This document shows, in pieces, positions 39,070-49,354 of a stretch of DNA of 64,000 bases. The translations under genes were made by a program, and so were the position numbers. This DNA comes from Candidatus Micrarchaeia archaeon (GTDB lineage: Archaea; Micrarchaeota; Micrarchaeia; CABMEP01): assembly GCA_038886535.1 (NCBI GenBank), contig JAVZXS010000001.1, forward strand, positions 128,001-192,000. The letters are read 5' to 3'. The number at the start of each line of letters is the position of its first letter. Position 1 is the first letter of the stretch. Under the pieces are notes generated by a model. That model made no database searches. It was not told the DNA's origin and was given only the letters and a program-made list of their open reading frames with translations.

Positions 39070-40680
39070 TTAAAATGACCAATCTCTATTTGAAGTTGCG
39101 TATTCAATTATTTCATCACTATTTTTATAATAATCTGCAGTTATCTTTCCTACTGTATTTATATCAAAATATTTCTTTGCAACCATCCACTTAAGTATTT
39201 TTGTCTTATCCAATAAATCTATCTTCATTTCTTTAACAGTCATTCCTGTGTAAAGCGCAAGGGTTTCTCCAAGTCTAGTTATTGCATTCTCTTCTTTCAT
39301 CGTGTCTGTTCTTGGATCCCATCTATAAACTACATTCGCTTTTCCTTCATCAGTTATTTCCGCAAATTCAAATGTCCTTCTTATACCACTTCTTCTATTT
39401 CTATATTGTGTCACTATCCCTCCAAGTGCAGGTAGAGAACTTTGAGGAATATTTATTGGAGGGGTAGTTAATCTATTTACACATTCTTCTGCATTGTCTG
39501 CATGTATAGTTGCATATACTGAGTGGCCAGTATGCATAGCTTCGAAAAGTACCTCAGCCTCTCTTTGTCTTCTTACCTCACCTACTATAATTCTATCAGG
39601 TCTTTGTCTTAATGCATTAATCATTAAATCTAACATGGTAACTTCCCCCTTTCCTTCAGGATTCGGTTCTCTTGTAGTCATCGCTACCCAATGGAGGAAG
39701 TCTGGTAGTGTCAGTTCTCTAGTATCTTCTATTGAAATTATTCTTTGATTTGGGGGTATCATACATGCAAGAGCATTAAGGAAAGAAGTTTTACCAGACC
39801 CAGTACCACCACTGCTTATTAATGAGATTTCGTTCTGTATACAAAGCCATAATAAGGCCGCAACTTCTGGTGTTACAGTTTTTACTTGAATTAGATATGG
39901 AATTGTCCATGGATTCTTTGCAAATTTTCTTATTGAAAGCGTGTTTCCAAATGTAGATATCGGACTGAGAGTTGCATTCACTCTATCTCCGCTTGGGAGA
40001 TATGCGTTCATTATAGGATTCAATACATTTATTTGTCTTCCAACTCTCCTTCCTATATTAGATGCATATTCATAAACAGTATCGTCTCTCCTTATCCAAA
40101 GATTTGTTGAACACCAGCCATACCTTTTATGATAAACTTGTATTGGTTCTGCAGGACTGTTTATTACAATATCTTCCAGGTTTTCATCAGACATTAATAT
40201 TTCAAGCTCTCCTAATCCAAGTGTATGCTGAATTAAATATGATGATAGAACCTTTCTTTTTTCCGGCGTTAAACCAGAGAATTGCTTGTCAAGTAATTCA
40301 TTAGCCTTAACTTCGAATTTTGCCTGAATATCTTTCATTTGCCTTTGGTCTGTAAGCATTGCAATATCTATCTTAACCTTTGTTATAAGTTCTGCTTTCA
40401 AGGCATTAAGGATAAGTTTAGTGCCTTCTGCAATTAATGGGATTTGAATATTATATTGTGGAGTATAATACTTTTTCGAATCTATGATTGTTACTTCTAC
40501 AGGTATACCCTGTGCATCAAAAGAATATCTTTCAAGTATTTTTTCTTCCATTTCTTTTTTCTTTTCTTCTTTTGTTTCGTTTTTATGTTCTTTTACCTTC
40601 TCCGTTTTTTCCTCTTTCTTTTCTTCAAGCGCTTTTTTCATAAGTTCAAGTTCCTCTCTGTTTTCATTCTTGTCTTTCAA
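39070..40680 (-). CDS. Type IV pilus/secretion ATPase (VirB11/TadA/ArlI family)
   Basis: GGTGSGKT, SIEDTREL, ALRQRPDRIIVGEVR, AMHTGH, TIHA. Confidence 0.92.
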   Translation of the reverse strand: MKDKNENREELELMKKALEEKKEEKTEKVKEHKNETKEEKKKEMEEKILERYSFDAQGIPVEVTIIDSKKYYTPQYNIQIPLIAEGTKLILNALKAELITKVKIDIAMLTDQRQMKDIQAKFEVKANELLDKQFSGLTPEKRKVLSSYLIQHTLGLGELEILMSDENLEDIVINSPAEPIQVYHKRYGWCSTNLWIRRDDTVYEYASNIGRRVGRQINVLNPIMNAYLPSGDRVNATLSPISTFGNTLSIRKFAKNPWTIPYLIQVKTVTPEVAALLWLCIQNEISLISSGGTGSGKTSFLNALACMIPPNQRIISIEDTRELTLPDFLHWVAMTTREPNPEGKGEVTMLDLMINALRQRPDRIIVGEVRRQREAEVLFEAMHTGHSVYATIHADNAEECVNRLTTPPINIPQSSLPALGGIVTQYRNRRSGIRRTFEFAEITDEGKANVVYRWDPRTDTMKEENAITRLGETLALYTGMTVKEMKIDLLDKTKILKWMVAKKYFDINTVGKITADYYKNSDEIIEYATSNRDWSF

Positions 40681-40707
40681 TTAATCACCAATGAGCAGTT
40701 AATATTA

Positions 40708-40929
40708 TCAGCCTGAGATCCATTCTATATATATTGAAGCGAGGGTATAGCTAATTTTCACCAAACCTTGATTTTCAAGAATATATGACCAATATTCGAT
40801 TGTTTCTTCTGGCACATTCATTTCTTTAGCTATTTGTGATATTTCAACTCTTTTCCTTTCGTAGAGTAAACGCATGAATTTATCTATTCCTGTTGTTATA
40901 TATTCTTCATTAAGATCAACATTTTCCAT
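40708..40929 (-). CDS. Small winged-helix protein
   Basis: ITTGIDKF...ISQIAKEMNVPEETIEYWSYILENQGLVKI pattern. Confidence 0.65.
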   Translation of the reverse strand: MENVDLNEEYITTGIDKFMRLLYERKRVEISQIAKEMNVPEETIEYWSYILENQGLVKISYTLASIYIEWISG

Positions 40930-41088
40930 TTTATCGCCTGTTCGATGATGTTGGGGAAAATTCAATTATCTCTAATTATAACTAACAATAGTTATACACA
41001 TAATAATTTAAATGTTAATTTTAAAACATATTTAATCTATTGATGATTAGTGTTACATAATAAATTTGCATTAATGATTTGTGATTTT

Positions 41089-41835
41089 ATGGATCAAAAT
41101 TTGGGGGGCAATGATGAATTAAATAAGATTAATTTGCAGTCACTTTCAGATCTTGAAAGAACTATATATTTAGATTATGGTTCTGAAGCAGTTTTAGTTT
41201 TTAGACTTGCAAACAAAAAACTTACAGTTAGTGAAATTGCTAAAGAACTTTCATTACAAGAAGAAAAAGTTTATGAAATAATAGATAAACTAAAAGGGAA
41301 GTATATTTATTTAGAAGAGCCAGAAGAGAAAAAGATAGAGTTTGAAGAAATGAAATCTAAAGAAACTATTTTCGTTGATATACCTAAGAAAGTACCGCTT
41401 GACAATATTTCTGCTGTTGCATTGATATCTGAACTAACTATTAAATTCGGTCCAACTGCAAAGAAGATTTATGAAATGATTGATGGAAAGACAGATGTTA
41501 TTGAATTAGCCGTTAATAGCTTTTCTAGTCTCAATTATGTAGACAATCTGATGTGGGTTTTAGCAGAGAAGAAAAGCGCCACATTTATCAGAATGGGGCC
41601 AGAAGAGATTAAGAAAAAATATGGTTCGGTCGGATTCAAAATTTTTAATCAGTATGGTCGAGAAGGTTTGTATTTATATCTTCTTTTAGATAAAACTGCA
41701 GATCCTGTAACTGCTTTAAGATTTTCAGAGATAGATCCTTCTATAGGTGTGGAAATGATGGATTATATACTTAAGACAATAGCTGCACCTATCTCTTTTA
41801 ACAAAAAAGATGCATTAACTTTGTTAAAAAGATAA
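41089..41835 (+). CDS. Protein with tandem winged-helix-like repeats
   Basis: Three similar units (YGSEAVLVF, FGPTAKKIY, YGSVGFKIF/YGREGLYLY). Confidence 0.6.
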   Translation: MDQNLGGNDELNKINLQSLSDLERTIYLDYGSEAVLVFRLANKKLTVSEIAKELSLQEEKVYEIIDKLKGKYIYLEEPEEKKIEFEEMKSKETIFVDIPKKVPLDNISAVALISELTIKFGPTAKKIYEMIDGKTDVIELAVNSFSSLNYVDNLMWVLAEKKSATFIRMGPEEIKKKYGSVGFKIFNQYGREGLYLYLLLDKTADPVTALRFSEIDPSIGVEMMDYILKTIAAPISFNKKDALTLLKR

Positions 41836-41836
41836 T

Positions 41837-42256
41837 TTATTCTTCTATTTCTAATTCTACCATATCACTTATGATTTTTGAATCCTCTTTATCTTTCCAT
41901 TCGATTTCTTTTCCTTTAATTAAAGCAAGAATTTTTTCTTTTTTAATATCTGTTTTATTTTTATTAAATCCTATTACTATTCTTTTTGGATTTTTCAACC
42001 CTAAGTAGTCTATTGCATTTTTTATCTGCCTTTTTCCAGATGCCCTAACTAACCACTCTAACATAAAATCATTTGTAATGTTTCTTTTTTCCTCAAATGC
42101 AGCCATTGCATGATAATAAGCAAGTTTTAGTTGGAATCTGCTCACTACAGCATCTAAGTCAAATACTTGGAATTTGTATTTTCTTGAATATTCTAGAATT
42201 TTTTCTTTAGTTAAATCACTTGATGAAGCAAATAACTCTATATCAATTCTTTCCAA
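41837..42256 (-). CDS. cgi121: KEOPS subunit Cgi121
   Basis: QVFDLDAV, AYYHA, LEWLVRASGKRQIKNAI..LG. Confidence 0.8.
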   Translation of the reverse strand: MERIDIELFASSSDLTKEKILEYSRKYKFQVFDLDAVVSRFQLKLAYYHAMAAFEEKRNITNDFMLEWLVRASGKRQIKNAIDYLGLKNPKRIVIGFNKNKTDIKKEKILALIKGKEIEWKDKEDSKIISDMVELEIEE

Positions 42257-42413
42257 TTATTCACCTACTAAAAGATAATAGATAAAAAAGAATGAAAGGA
42301 AAAGCATTTAAAGTATAGTGTATATATTTAATATAATCTAAAGGCTAGATTTAAAATAGAAATTATCTAACGATTCTATTTCATAGCTTCTTTACATTTA
42401 ATAGGTGAAATAT

Positions 42414-42797
42414 ATGCAACAGTATCATGAAGCAAAACAAACTAAGAAAAAAACAGGTGGAAAGTTTGCAAGACACAGAGATAAGAAGCTTGCACATTAT
42501 GGTGGACACTTTGCATCAACAAAAGTCAGTGATACAGATGTAAGAGTAAAAGTGAGAAAAAGAGGAGGATCTAAGAAAATAGTAGCTCTTTATGCAGCAT
42601 ATGCAAATGTTGTAATGCCTGATGGTAAGATCAGAAAAGCAAAGATAAAATCAGTAATTGATTCTCCAAACAATCCAAACTACAAGAGAATGAATATAAT
42701 AACTAAGGGAGTTATAATAGAAACAGAAGTAGGAAAAGCAAAAGTAACAAGCAGACCAGGTCAAGATGGAGTTGTAAATGCCAAGATAGTTTCCTAA
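42414..42797 (+). CDS. rps8e: Ribosomal protein eS8
   Basis: KKKTGGK, RGG, NIITKGVIIET, SRPGQDGVVNA. Confidence 0.95.
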   Translation: MQQYHEAKQTKKKTGGKFARHRDKKLAHYGGHFASTKVSDTDVRVKVRKRGGSKKIVALYAAYANVVMPDGKIRKAKIKSVIDSPNNPNYKRMNIITKGVIIETEVGKAKVTSRPGQDGVVNAKIVS

Positions 42798-42931
42798 CTC
42801 GTAAATCAACTTCAACAATTACATATTTTCTATTTTTAGTGTAATCCAAATCTTATTTTTCTTTTTTTTGAGCAAAGCTTTATGATACTTTATGTACTAT
42901 TATTACTTACTTTATTTAAACAGGTGGGAAA

Positions 42932-43249
42932 ATGCCAAAAGAAATAAGCGAACAAAATTTCGAAGAAGAAGTAATGAAATCAAAAGGAATAGTTATTGTT
43001 GATTTTTGGGCTCCATGGTGTGGTCCTTGTAGAATGTTAGGCCCTATACTTGAAGAAGTTGACAAAACAGGCAAGGTAAAAGTTCTGAAAGTGAATGTAG
43101 ATGAGAATCAATCATTGGCAGCCTTATTTGGAGTATCAAGTATTCCTACGATGATTCTTTTCAAAGACGGAAAGCCAGTAAGTGGAAGGATTGGAGTGAT
43201 GTCTTTTCCACAGATAATGGCTTGGGTTGAATCTGTTTCAAAAGAATAA
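42932..43249 (+). CDS. trxA: Thioredoxin
   Basis: DFWAPWCGPC, SIPT. Confidence 0.95.
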   Translation: MPKEISEQNFEEEVMKSKGIVIVDFWAPWCGPCRMLGPILEEVDKTGKVKVLKVNVDENQSLAALFGVSSIPTMILFKDGKPVSGRIGVMSFPQIMAWVESVSKE

Positions 43250-43368
43250 CTTTTTCTAGAATTTATCAATAAATTATTCTTTTTTTTATTTTTTCAAAAT
43301 ATATTTCATCTTTTTATATAAATGCCTATGTAAATTAGATTTTTAAATCTACATATTAAAATCATAAC

Positions 43369-44664
43369 ATGGCTAAGAAAAAAGAAGGCTTAAAATTGAA
43401 TTTAAATTTGTTTAATTTTCCTAAAAAGAAGGAGAAGGAAGATAAGAGAATATTGAAGACTAAGCAAAAAGAAGATAAATCATCAAAAATTAAATCCCCT
43501 GTTTCAGAAAAGATCAAGAAAAACCAACAGAAGTCTAAAATCAAAAAGAAAGCAGAAAAAACAAAAGAAACTAAAAAACAATTAACCAACTCAAAACCAA
43601 AGACAATTAAAAAAGTTAAAAAAGAAAAAGAGATAAAGTCGCACAAGGAAGCAATTGAGAAAATATTAGAAGGAATAAAAGAGATAGAATATGCACCGCA
43701 GAAGAGAAAAATTGCGGAGAAGGAACCACATATCGAACACATAATCACGCCAAAGTCAGAAGTTAAAGAAGATATCGGAATGAAATCAATTTTACCTAAA
43801 TCATTTATCCCTTCTCAAAAAGATGAAAAAAAGGTTATGGAGTTAGAAAAAGAAATCAAGAAAGCCAGTTATTCAGTTCCAGAAACAGAGATTCAAACAA
43901 TAAAAACATTAGCGACAATAAAGAAGCCAAGAGTTGAAGCAGAAAAACCAAAATTAATAAAAACAGGAATTCCTGGATTCGATGAAATGTGCGGAGGAGG
44001 AATAGAAGAGAAATCAGTTATTCTGATCAATGGTGATGCAGGAAGTGGAAAGACTATTTTCGGCTTACAATTTCTGTACGAAGGAGCAAAAAATGGAGAT
44101 GCAGGCCTTTTCATAAGTTTTGGAGAATCAAGAGAAACTATATATTCAAGAATGCTAAATTTCGGAATGGATTTCCAAAAACTAGAAGACAAGAATCTTT
44201 TCTTCTTCTTAGAATATCAGCCGCATGAAGTTGCAAAGATAATGCAGGAGGAAGGAGGAACTCTATATGACATAATAACAAGCTACAATATAAAGAGGGT
44301 GGTTGTTGACACAATTACTCCTTATCTTATGCAATTCAATGATCCTTACAAAGCAAGATTGGCATTAGTGAGGCTTTTCAATGTTTTCAAAAAATTCAAC
44401 GTCACTACCTTACTACTCAATGAATGGTCTTCAGATCTCCCATCAAATCCTTCTACTGCAGTTGCAGAGTTTCTTGCAGATGGAATAGTTTATATGATCC
44501 ATAAGAGATCACCAGAAGGAGTTCAGCTTAGGGGAATAGAGATATGGAAAATGACGGGTGTTAGTCATACAGAGGTTGCAAGACCGTTTGCATTTACAAA
44601 TAGAGGAATAGTTATATATCCAAATGAGAGATTATTTTTTGGCTCTTTGGAAAGAAAACTTTAA
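43369..44664 (+). CDS. KaiC/ArlH-like RecA-family ATPase with long Lys-rich N-terminal extension
   Basis: KTGIPGFDEM, GDAGSGKTIFGLQFL, RVVVDT, ADGIV, PFAFTNRGI. Confidence 0.85.
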   Translation: MAKKKEGLKLNLNLFNFPKKKEKEDKRILKTKQKEDKSSKIKSPVSEKIKKNQQKSKIKKKAEKTKETKKQLTNSKPKTIKKVKKEKEIKSHKEAIEKILEGIKEIEYAPQKRKIAEKEPHIEHIITPKSEVKEDIGMKSILPKSFIPSQKDEKKVMELEKEIKKASYSVPETEIQTIKTLATIKKPRVEAEKPKLIKTGIPGFDEMCGGGIEEKSVILINGDAGSGKTIFGLQFLYEGAKNGDAGLFISFGESRETIYSRMLNFGMDFQKLEDKNLFFFLEYQPHEVAKIMQEEGGTLYDIITSYNIKRVVVDTITPYLMQFNDPYKARLALVRLFNVFKKFNVTTLLLNEWSSDLPSNPSTAVAEFLADGIVYMIHKRSPEGVQLRGIEIWKMTGVSHTEVARPFAFTNRGIVIYPNERLFFGSLERKL

Positions 44665-44721
44665 TCATTTATAAGAGAAAGAAAAATTAATTAAATTTAA
44701 AGATAATATCTGAGTGATATT

Positions 44722-45765
44722 ATGAAAATAAATAAAAAGAAAGGTCAAAGTGGACTTGAATACATAATATTATTTTCATTTACAATTGTATTCTTTGCAA
44801 TCGTAGTTTATATTGCTAATGAGCAATTATCAATTGTAAATAAACAACAGAGACTTGAGCAAGCAAAGCTTGCATTAAAGGAAATTGCAGATGCGGCAAC
44901 ACAGGCATATCAGCAGGGAGCAGGAGCTAAGGTTATTAAAACAGTAGTATTTCCAAATGGTATTTCAGGAGATGGAGAGATAGTAAACAATACCTTGCAC
45001 ATAGTTTTCGAAGGAACAGATTTATCATATCCATTAAACTTTCCAATCACTGGAAAGATTTCTGCAACTCCAGGACCACAAGAAATTATATTTACTTCTT
45101 ACGGTGGTTCGGTTTCAGTTGGAACAGCCCAATTTTCATTATCAAAATATTTTGTTTCCTTACAACTTTGCGGTTCCTCTTCTCCGCAATATTTAAATGA
45201 CACAATCCAAATAATTAACAATAATCAAGAAGCAATTCAGGTAGATGCACAAGTTAACTTCAATTCATATTATGTCAATGTCACTCTTTCCTCTTATTCA
45301 TTTAATATCCCAGTTACTGAAAGTAGAGAAGCAAACATTACATTCGAAATCTCTGCAAATACAATAGGCATGTTTACAGGAAATATCTTATTCAATTCTT
45401 CCAATTATAGCGTTATAGTCCCAATAATCTTAGATATCCAGTCATGCGGAGGACCTACTTCAAATGTATCATATATTCTTCTTGAAACCTACAAAGATCC
45501 AGGATATTCAATTCATTATACAAACTTTTCAATGCCACCTTTAGTTAATATAACAACAACAGGATGGACGCCTTATTCTTATATAACTTTAGATCTAAGG
45601 AATTCTTCTGGAAGCATGCCAGGTTATCCAAAGCTTGTCCAAACAGATTCAGATGGAAATTATTCCGAGATATGGAATGCAACTGGCATGCCAGGTTCAT
45701 ATACTGTTTATGCTAACTATTCGATATATAATGTAAATTATTCATTTGTGGTGAATCCATGTTGA
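44722..45765 (+). CDS. Class III signal peptide protein (pilin-like plus Ig-like domains)
   Basis: KKKG|QSGLEY followed by hydrophobic stretch. Confidence 0.8.
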   Translation: MKINKKKGQSGLEYIILFSFTIVFFAIVVYIANEQLSIVNKQQRLEQAKLALKEIADAATQAYQQGAGAKVIKTVVFPNGISGDGEIVNNTLHIVFEGTDLSYPLNFPITGKISATPGPQEIIFTSYGGSVSVGTAQFSLSKYFVSLQLCGSSSPQYLNDTIQIINNNQEAIQVDAQVNFNSYYVNVTLSSYSFNIPVTESREANITFEISANTIGMFTGNILFNSSNYSVIVPIILDIQSCGGPTSNVSYILLETYKDPGYSIHYTNFSMPPLVNITTTGWTPYSYITLDLRNSSGSMPGYPKLVQTDSDGNYSEIWNATGMPGSYTVYANYSIYNVNYSFVVNPC

Positions 45766-48026
45766 GAAATATTAAAATTATAAGTTTATTTTTAATAATA
45801 TTGTGTATTTCAAATTTAATTTTTGCAAATAATGGTACTGTAGTTTATCGTTCTAATACAGGAACTTATACCACAAGTAGTCCAAAAATTAGAAATTGGT
45901 CTTCTTCAGGAATTGGAAGTTACAGTGCAGAATTTGAACTACCAACAGCAGGATCTCCTATAAGGTATGCCTTAATAAAATACTCACCGGTTTCTCCTAA
46001 GAGAGTAATTATCACACAAAGTGATGATGGTTATTTAGACGCATATACATCATTTGATGGAGAGGAATGGAACATTACTAATGATTTCGGTCGAGTATGG
46101 ACAACGGCACCAACTACTTCATCAAGAAGATTTGATTTTCAATATGAAACTTCAACTGGAGATCTCATAGTTGTTTATTCAATTGTAAGTACAAGCACTA
46201 CTTGTGATTTAGCTTATCGTGTGATGCTTGCAAACGAAACAGTATTTGGTCCAGAAATATGTATTGATGATACAACACAAACCAATGATATTCAATATAC
46301 TTGGATTGAAGCTGCTAGAAAACCAACAAATAGTGAGGAGATAATATTCGTTGGATTTGATTCTACGAGTACTGATGTGGTTGCATATGTATGGAATGGA
46401 AATTCATTTGGAAATATACAAGAAATTACAGCTAACGCTCCTTCTACAGGAGGTTATAAAGCAATAGCAGTAGCTTATACTTATAGTGGAAATCAAGGAA
46501 TGGTTGCTGCAGGAGATGGAACAGCAGGGAATATAGCTACTTATTACTGGAGTGGAACTGCATGGATAAATAGTCCGGATTTTGATATTGATGCAGGAGA
46601 TGCGGCAGATGCATACTGGTTAGATTTAATTCCAAATCCAGTCTCAAATACTATGCAGGCAGTATTTATAGATAGTGCTTCTGATCTTGGTACAGCGTAT
46701 TGGAACGGTGCATCGTGGTCAGTAACATCTAATATCGATACTGCAGTTGATGCAGTAGGTTCTTTTCTTGCAGATTTTGCATGGCTCCCAGATGGAACTT
46801 CTGGTAGATTAGTTTGGGATACAGATGGAGGCGGCTCGACTTTATCAGTAAGATCCTGTTCTCCACAATGTACAAGTGCAACTACAACAATTTCAACCTA
46901 TGGTGGCTTAGGTGGATGGCTAAATCTTTATACGAATCCAACCGCCTCAGATACAGTTGATTTAATAGGAATAAGATCAAATAACGCTCAGAATTTAGGT
47001 TCATTCTATTTCGATAGTACAAATTTCGTAAATTATGGTGATACTGTTCTTGCATCTACAACTGGAACTACCGGTTCATTTTCATTTGATTTTCAAAGAG
47101 CTTTTGATACAATACCTCCATCTTACTCGAACCAAAATCAAAGCAGTGATGCTATTATAGTCGGCAACACTAATTATCTTAGTGTAGTCTGGACAGATAA
47201 TGTTCAATTAAAAACTGCAATACTCGAAACAAACGAAACAGGTGCTTGGCAGAATAAGACAGTTTATGGTTCTCCAGTTTATATGCGTGGAACCTATTAT
47301 GTTGTCAATTTCACTTGGAATAATGCATCTATTCCAGCTGGCACTGTCATAGGATGGAGGGTGTGGGCAAGTGATAAATCAAACAATTGGAACGTTACCC
47401 CAATTATGAATTTTACAGTAATTGCTCCAATATACAACTTTACAGTTACTCCAGCAACAGACAGCTTTTCAGTATATAACAATACATATATAGATAGAAA
47501 TTACACACTCAATAACACAGGAAACATGAATCTATCTATTACATGTACAGCAAATGAATCTTGGGTATATAATATTACAGCATGTCCTTTGACATTAACA
47601 CCTGGTTCAGTAATAAATGTAACATTTAGATATAACGCAACTAGTTTGATTCCTGGAAACTATCTAGTGAATATTACATTTATAGATCCTAATGTAACAA
47701 ATTATGTCCTAGGAAACGTTTCTGTATTAGCAGCTCCTATTCCATCGATATATACAGATAAATCTTCGTATGGAACATGCAATAATATTTATTTCAAAGT
47801 TTCAGTTTATGATGTTAATGACCAATTGATTGATGCACCATTAAACAATTCTCTTTTAGATGCAGTAAATACAACAGTGCTTAGTGAGTCTGTAATAACT
47901 GGGAATGGCGGCACTGGAATTTATTTAGGTATTTTTGAAATACCACCAGGTTATACTTCAGGAAATTGGCTGATTAAAACCTTATCTGGCTCAATAAAGA
48001 ATCAGAAGACAATTCAAGTTTCATAA
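45759..48026 (+). CDS. Large secreted adhesin-like protein
   Basis: Sec-type signal peptide, W-x-G-x-x-(W/F) repeats, DTIPP linker, Ig-like domains, many N-x-S/T sequons. Confidence 0.7.
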   Translation: MLRNIKIISLFLIILCISNLIFANNGTVVYRSNTGTYTTSSPKIRNWSSSGIGSYSAEFELPTAGSPIRYALIKYSPVSPKRVIITQSDDGYLDAYTSFDGEEWNITNDFGRVWTTAPTTSSRRFDFQYETSTGDLIVVYSIVSTSTTCDLAYRVMLANETVFGPEICIDDTTQTNDIQYTWIEAARKPTNSEEIIFVGFDSTSTDVVAYVWNGNSFGNIQEITANAPSTGGYKAIAVAYTYSGNQGMVAAGDGTAGNIATYYWSGTAWINSPDFDIDAGDAADAYWLDLIPNPVSNTMQAVFIDSASDLGTAYWNGASWSVTSNIDTAVDAVGSFLADFAWLPDGTSGRLVWDTDGGGSTLSVRSCSPQCTSATTTISTYGGLGGWLNLYTNPTASDTVDLIGIRSNNAQNLGSFYFDSTNFVNYGDTVLASTTGTTGSFSFDFQRAFDTIPPSYSNQNQSSDAIIVGNTNYLSVVWTDNVQLKTAILETNETGAWQNKTVYGSPVYMRGTYYVVNFTWNNASIPAGTVIGWRVWASDKSNNWNVTPIMNFTVIAPIYNFTVTPATDSFSVYNNTYIDRNYTLNNTGNMNLSITCTANESWVYNITACPLTLTPGSVINVTFRYNATSLIPGNYLVNITFIDPNVTNYVLGNVSVLAAPIPSIYTDKSSYGTCNNIYFKVSVYDVNDQLIDAPLNNSLLDAVNTTVLSESVITGNGGTGIYLGIFEIPPGYTSGNWLIKTLSGSIKNQKTIQVS

Positions 48027-48045
48027 ATTTTTTAGAGGAAATCAT

Positions 48046-48420
48046 ATGAAGGCACAAGTTTCAGTTGAATTTTTCCTTTTATTCATTATCATAATATCTA
48101 TCTTTTCCATCTTTATGTTAATTTCAATTGAAATGCAAAGACAAGTAGATTACCTTTCAAAATACGATGAAACTTTATCTGTTGCATCTAGAATAGGAAA
48201 TGCAGTCAATAGCGTAATATCAAATCAGATAGAAGCAAAAGTTGATATCCCATATGGTTATCGAATCGAGGCAATAAATGGAGCGATAATAGCTACTAAT
48301 TTATTAACAAATGTTTCTGCATCATGGCCGATTTCACATATCCAGATAAATTCAACAGTTCAAGATAATTCAACTCTTATAAATATCGAATTTATAAATT
48401 CAACAATATATTTAAGTTGA
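48046..48420 (+). CDS. Type IV pilin-like protein
   Basis: MKA|QVSVEF plus hydrophobic helix. Confidence 0.8.
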   Translation: MKAQVSVEFFLLFIIIISIFSIFMLISIEMQRQVDYLSKYDETLSVASRIGNAVNSVISNQIEAKVDIPYGYRIEAINGAIIATNLLTNVSASWPISHIQINSTVQDNSTLINIEFINSTIYLS

Positions 48421-48455
48421 ACAAATATTGTAACTTAAAGAAATTTAGTGATAAA

Positions 48456-48938
48456 ATGGAAAGAAACAGATTCAAAAAAGGGCAGAGTTACAGCATAGAA
48501 ATAATATTTTTTGTAATTATCTCGCTTATTATAATTTATACTTTATTTTCAATTTATACAACTTTAATCAAATTAAATTTAGATGAGAATAAATATTACA
48601 TCATGACGTGGAGCAGTTCAGATGTCTTAATCAAAACAAGAGGTTTTTCTCCAGATTGGGAGGAAAACGGTAACCTTACAGTTTTAGGAATTTCAAATGG
48701 AATGAATGTAATAGACCCTATTAAGCTTGAATCACTAAATTCTTTGTCTAACGAAAACCTTTCTACGTTAATGCATCTTGATATTTATAACGTTTCAATA
48801 GAAATACTGATAAACGGCAATATTTATTTCCAAAAAGGAAATGTGTCTACAAACAAAACTATAAACCAAATTGAGAGAGTTTGTGTATTTACAAATGGAA
48901 CACCATGCATGTTAAGGGTAAGATATTCATTGGGATGA
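48456..48938 (+). CDS. Minor pilin-like protein
   Basis: KKG|QSYSIE plus hydrophobic helix; LIKTRGFSPDW motif. Confidence 0.75.
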   Translation: MERNRFKKGQSYSIEIIFFVIISLIIIYTLFSIYTTLIKLNLDENKYYIMTWSSSDVLIKTRGFSPDWEENGNLTVLGISNGMNVIDPIKLESLNSLSNENLSTLMHLDIYNVSIEILINGNIYFQKGNVSTNKTINQIERVCVFTNGTPCMLRVRYSLG

Positions 48939-48942
48939 TGAG

Positions 48943-49338
48943 ATGCATGATTCAGATAAACAAAATATAACGAAAGGATTTATTGCAATGCTAGATGCAA
49001 TGTTTGGTTTAATAGCATTGTTATTATTTTCAACAATAATATTTTCATATCTTCAGAAGGGACCTTCTTTCTATGACGCATTCATATACAAGCAAGGATA
49101 TGACATTCTTACAGTTTTGGAGTATACAAACTTTTCTAATCCATCATATGTTTTCCAGCAGACAAGTGGTTCTTTGTGTATGAGATTAGAGATGTACAAT
49201 GGAGTGGGAGGAACGCTTATTTCAACTTACTATAAAACAGGCTGTGATCCTTCAAATGTAAATGAAAAGATAGCATGGAGAACATTTATAGACGGAAATC
49301 AATTCAAAACAGCAAAATTGGCAATATGGAGAAAATAA
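48943..49338 (+). CDS. Minor pilin-like protein
   Basis: KG|FIAMLDA plus hydrophobic helix. Confidence 0.7.
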   Translation: MHDSDKQNITKGFIAMLDAMFGLIALLLFSTIIFSYLQKGPSFYDAFIYKQGYDILTVLEYTNFSNPSYVFQQTSGSLCMRLEMYNGVGGTLISTYYKTGCDPSNVNEKIAWRTFIDGNQFKTAKLAIWRK

Positions 49339-49354
49339 TTAGAAAGTGATAATT

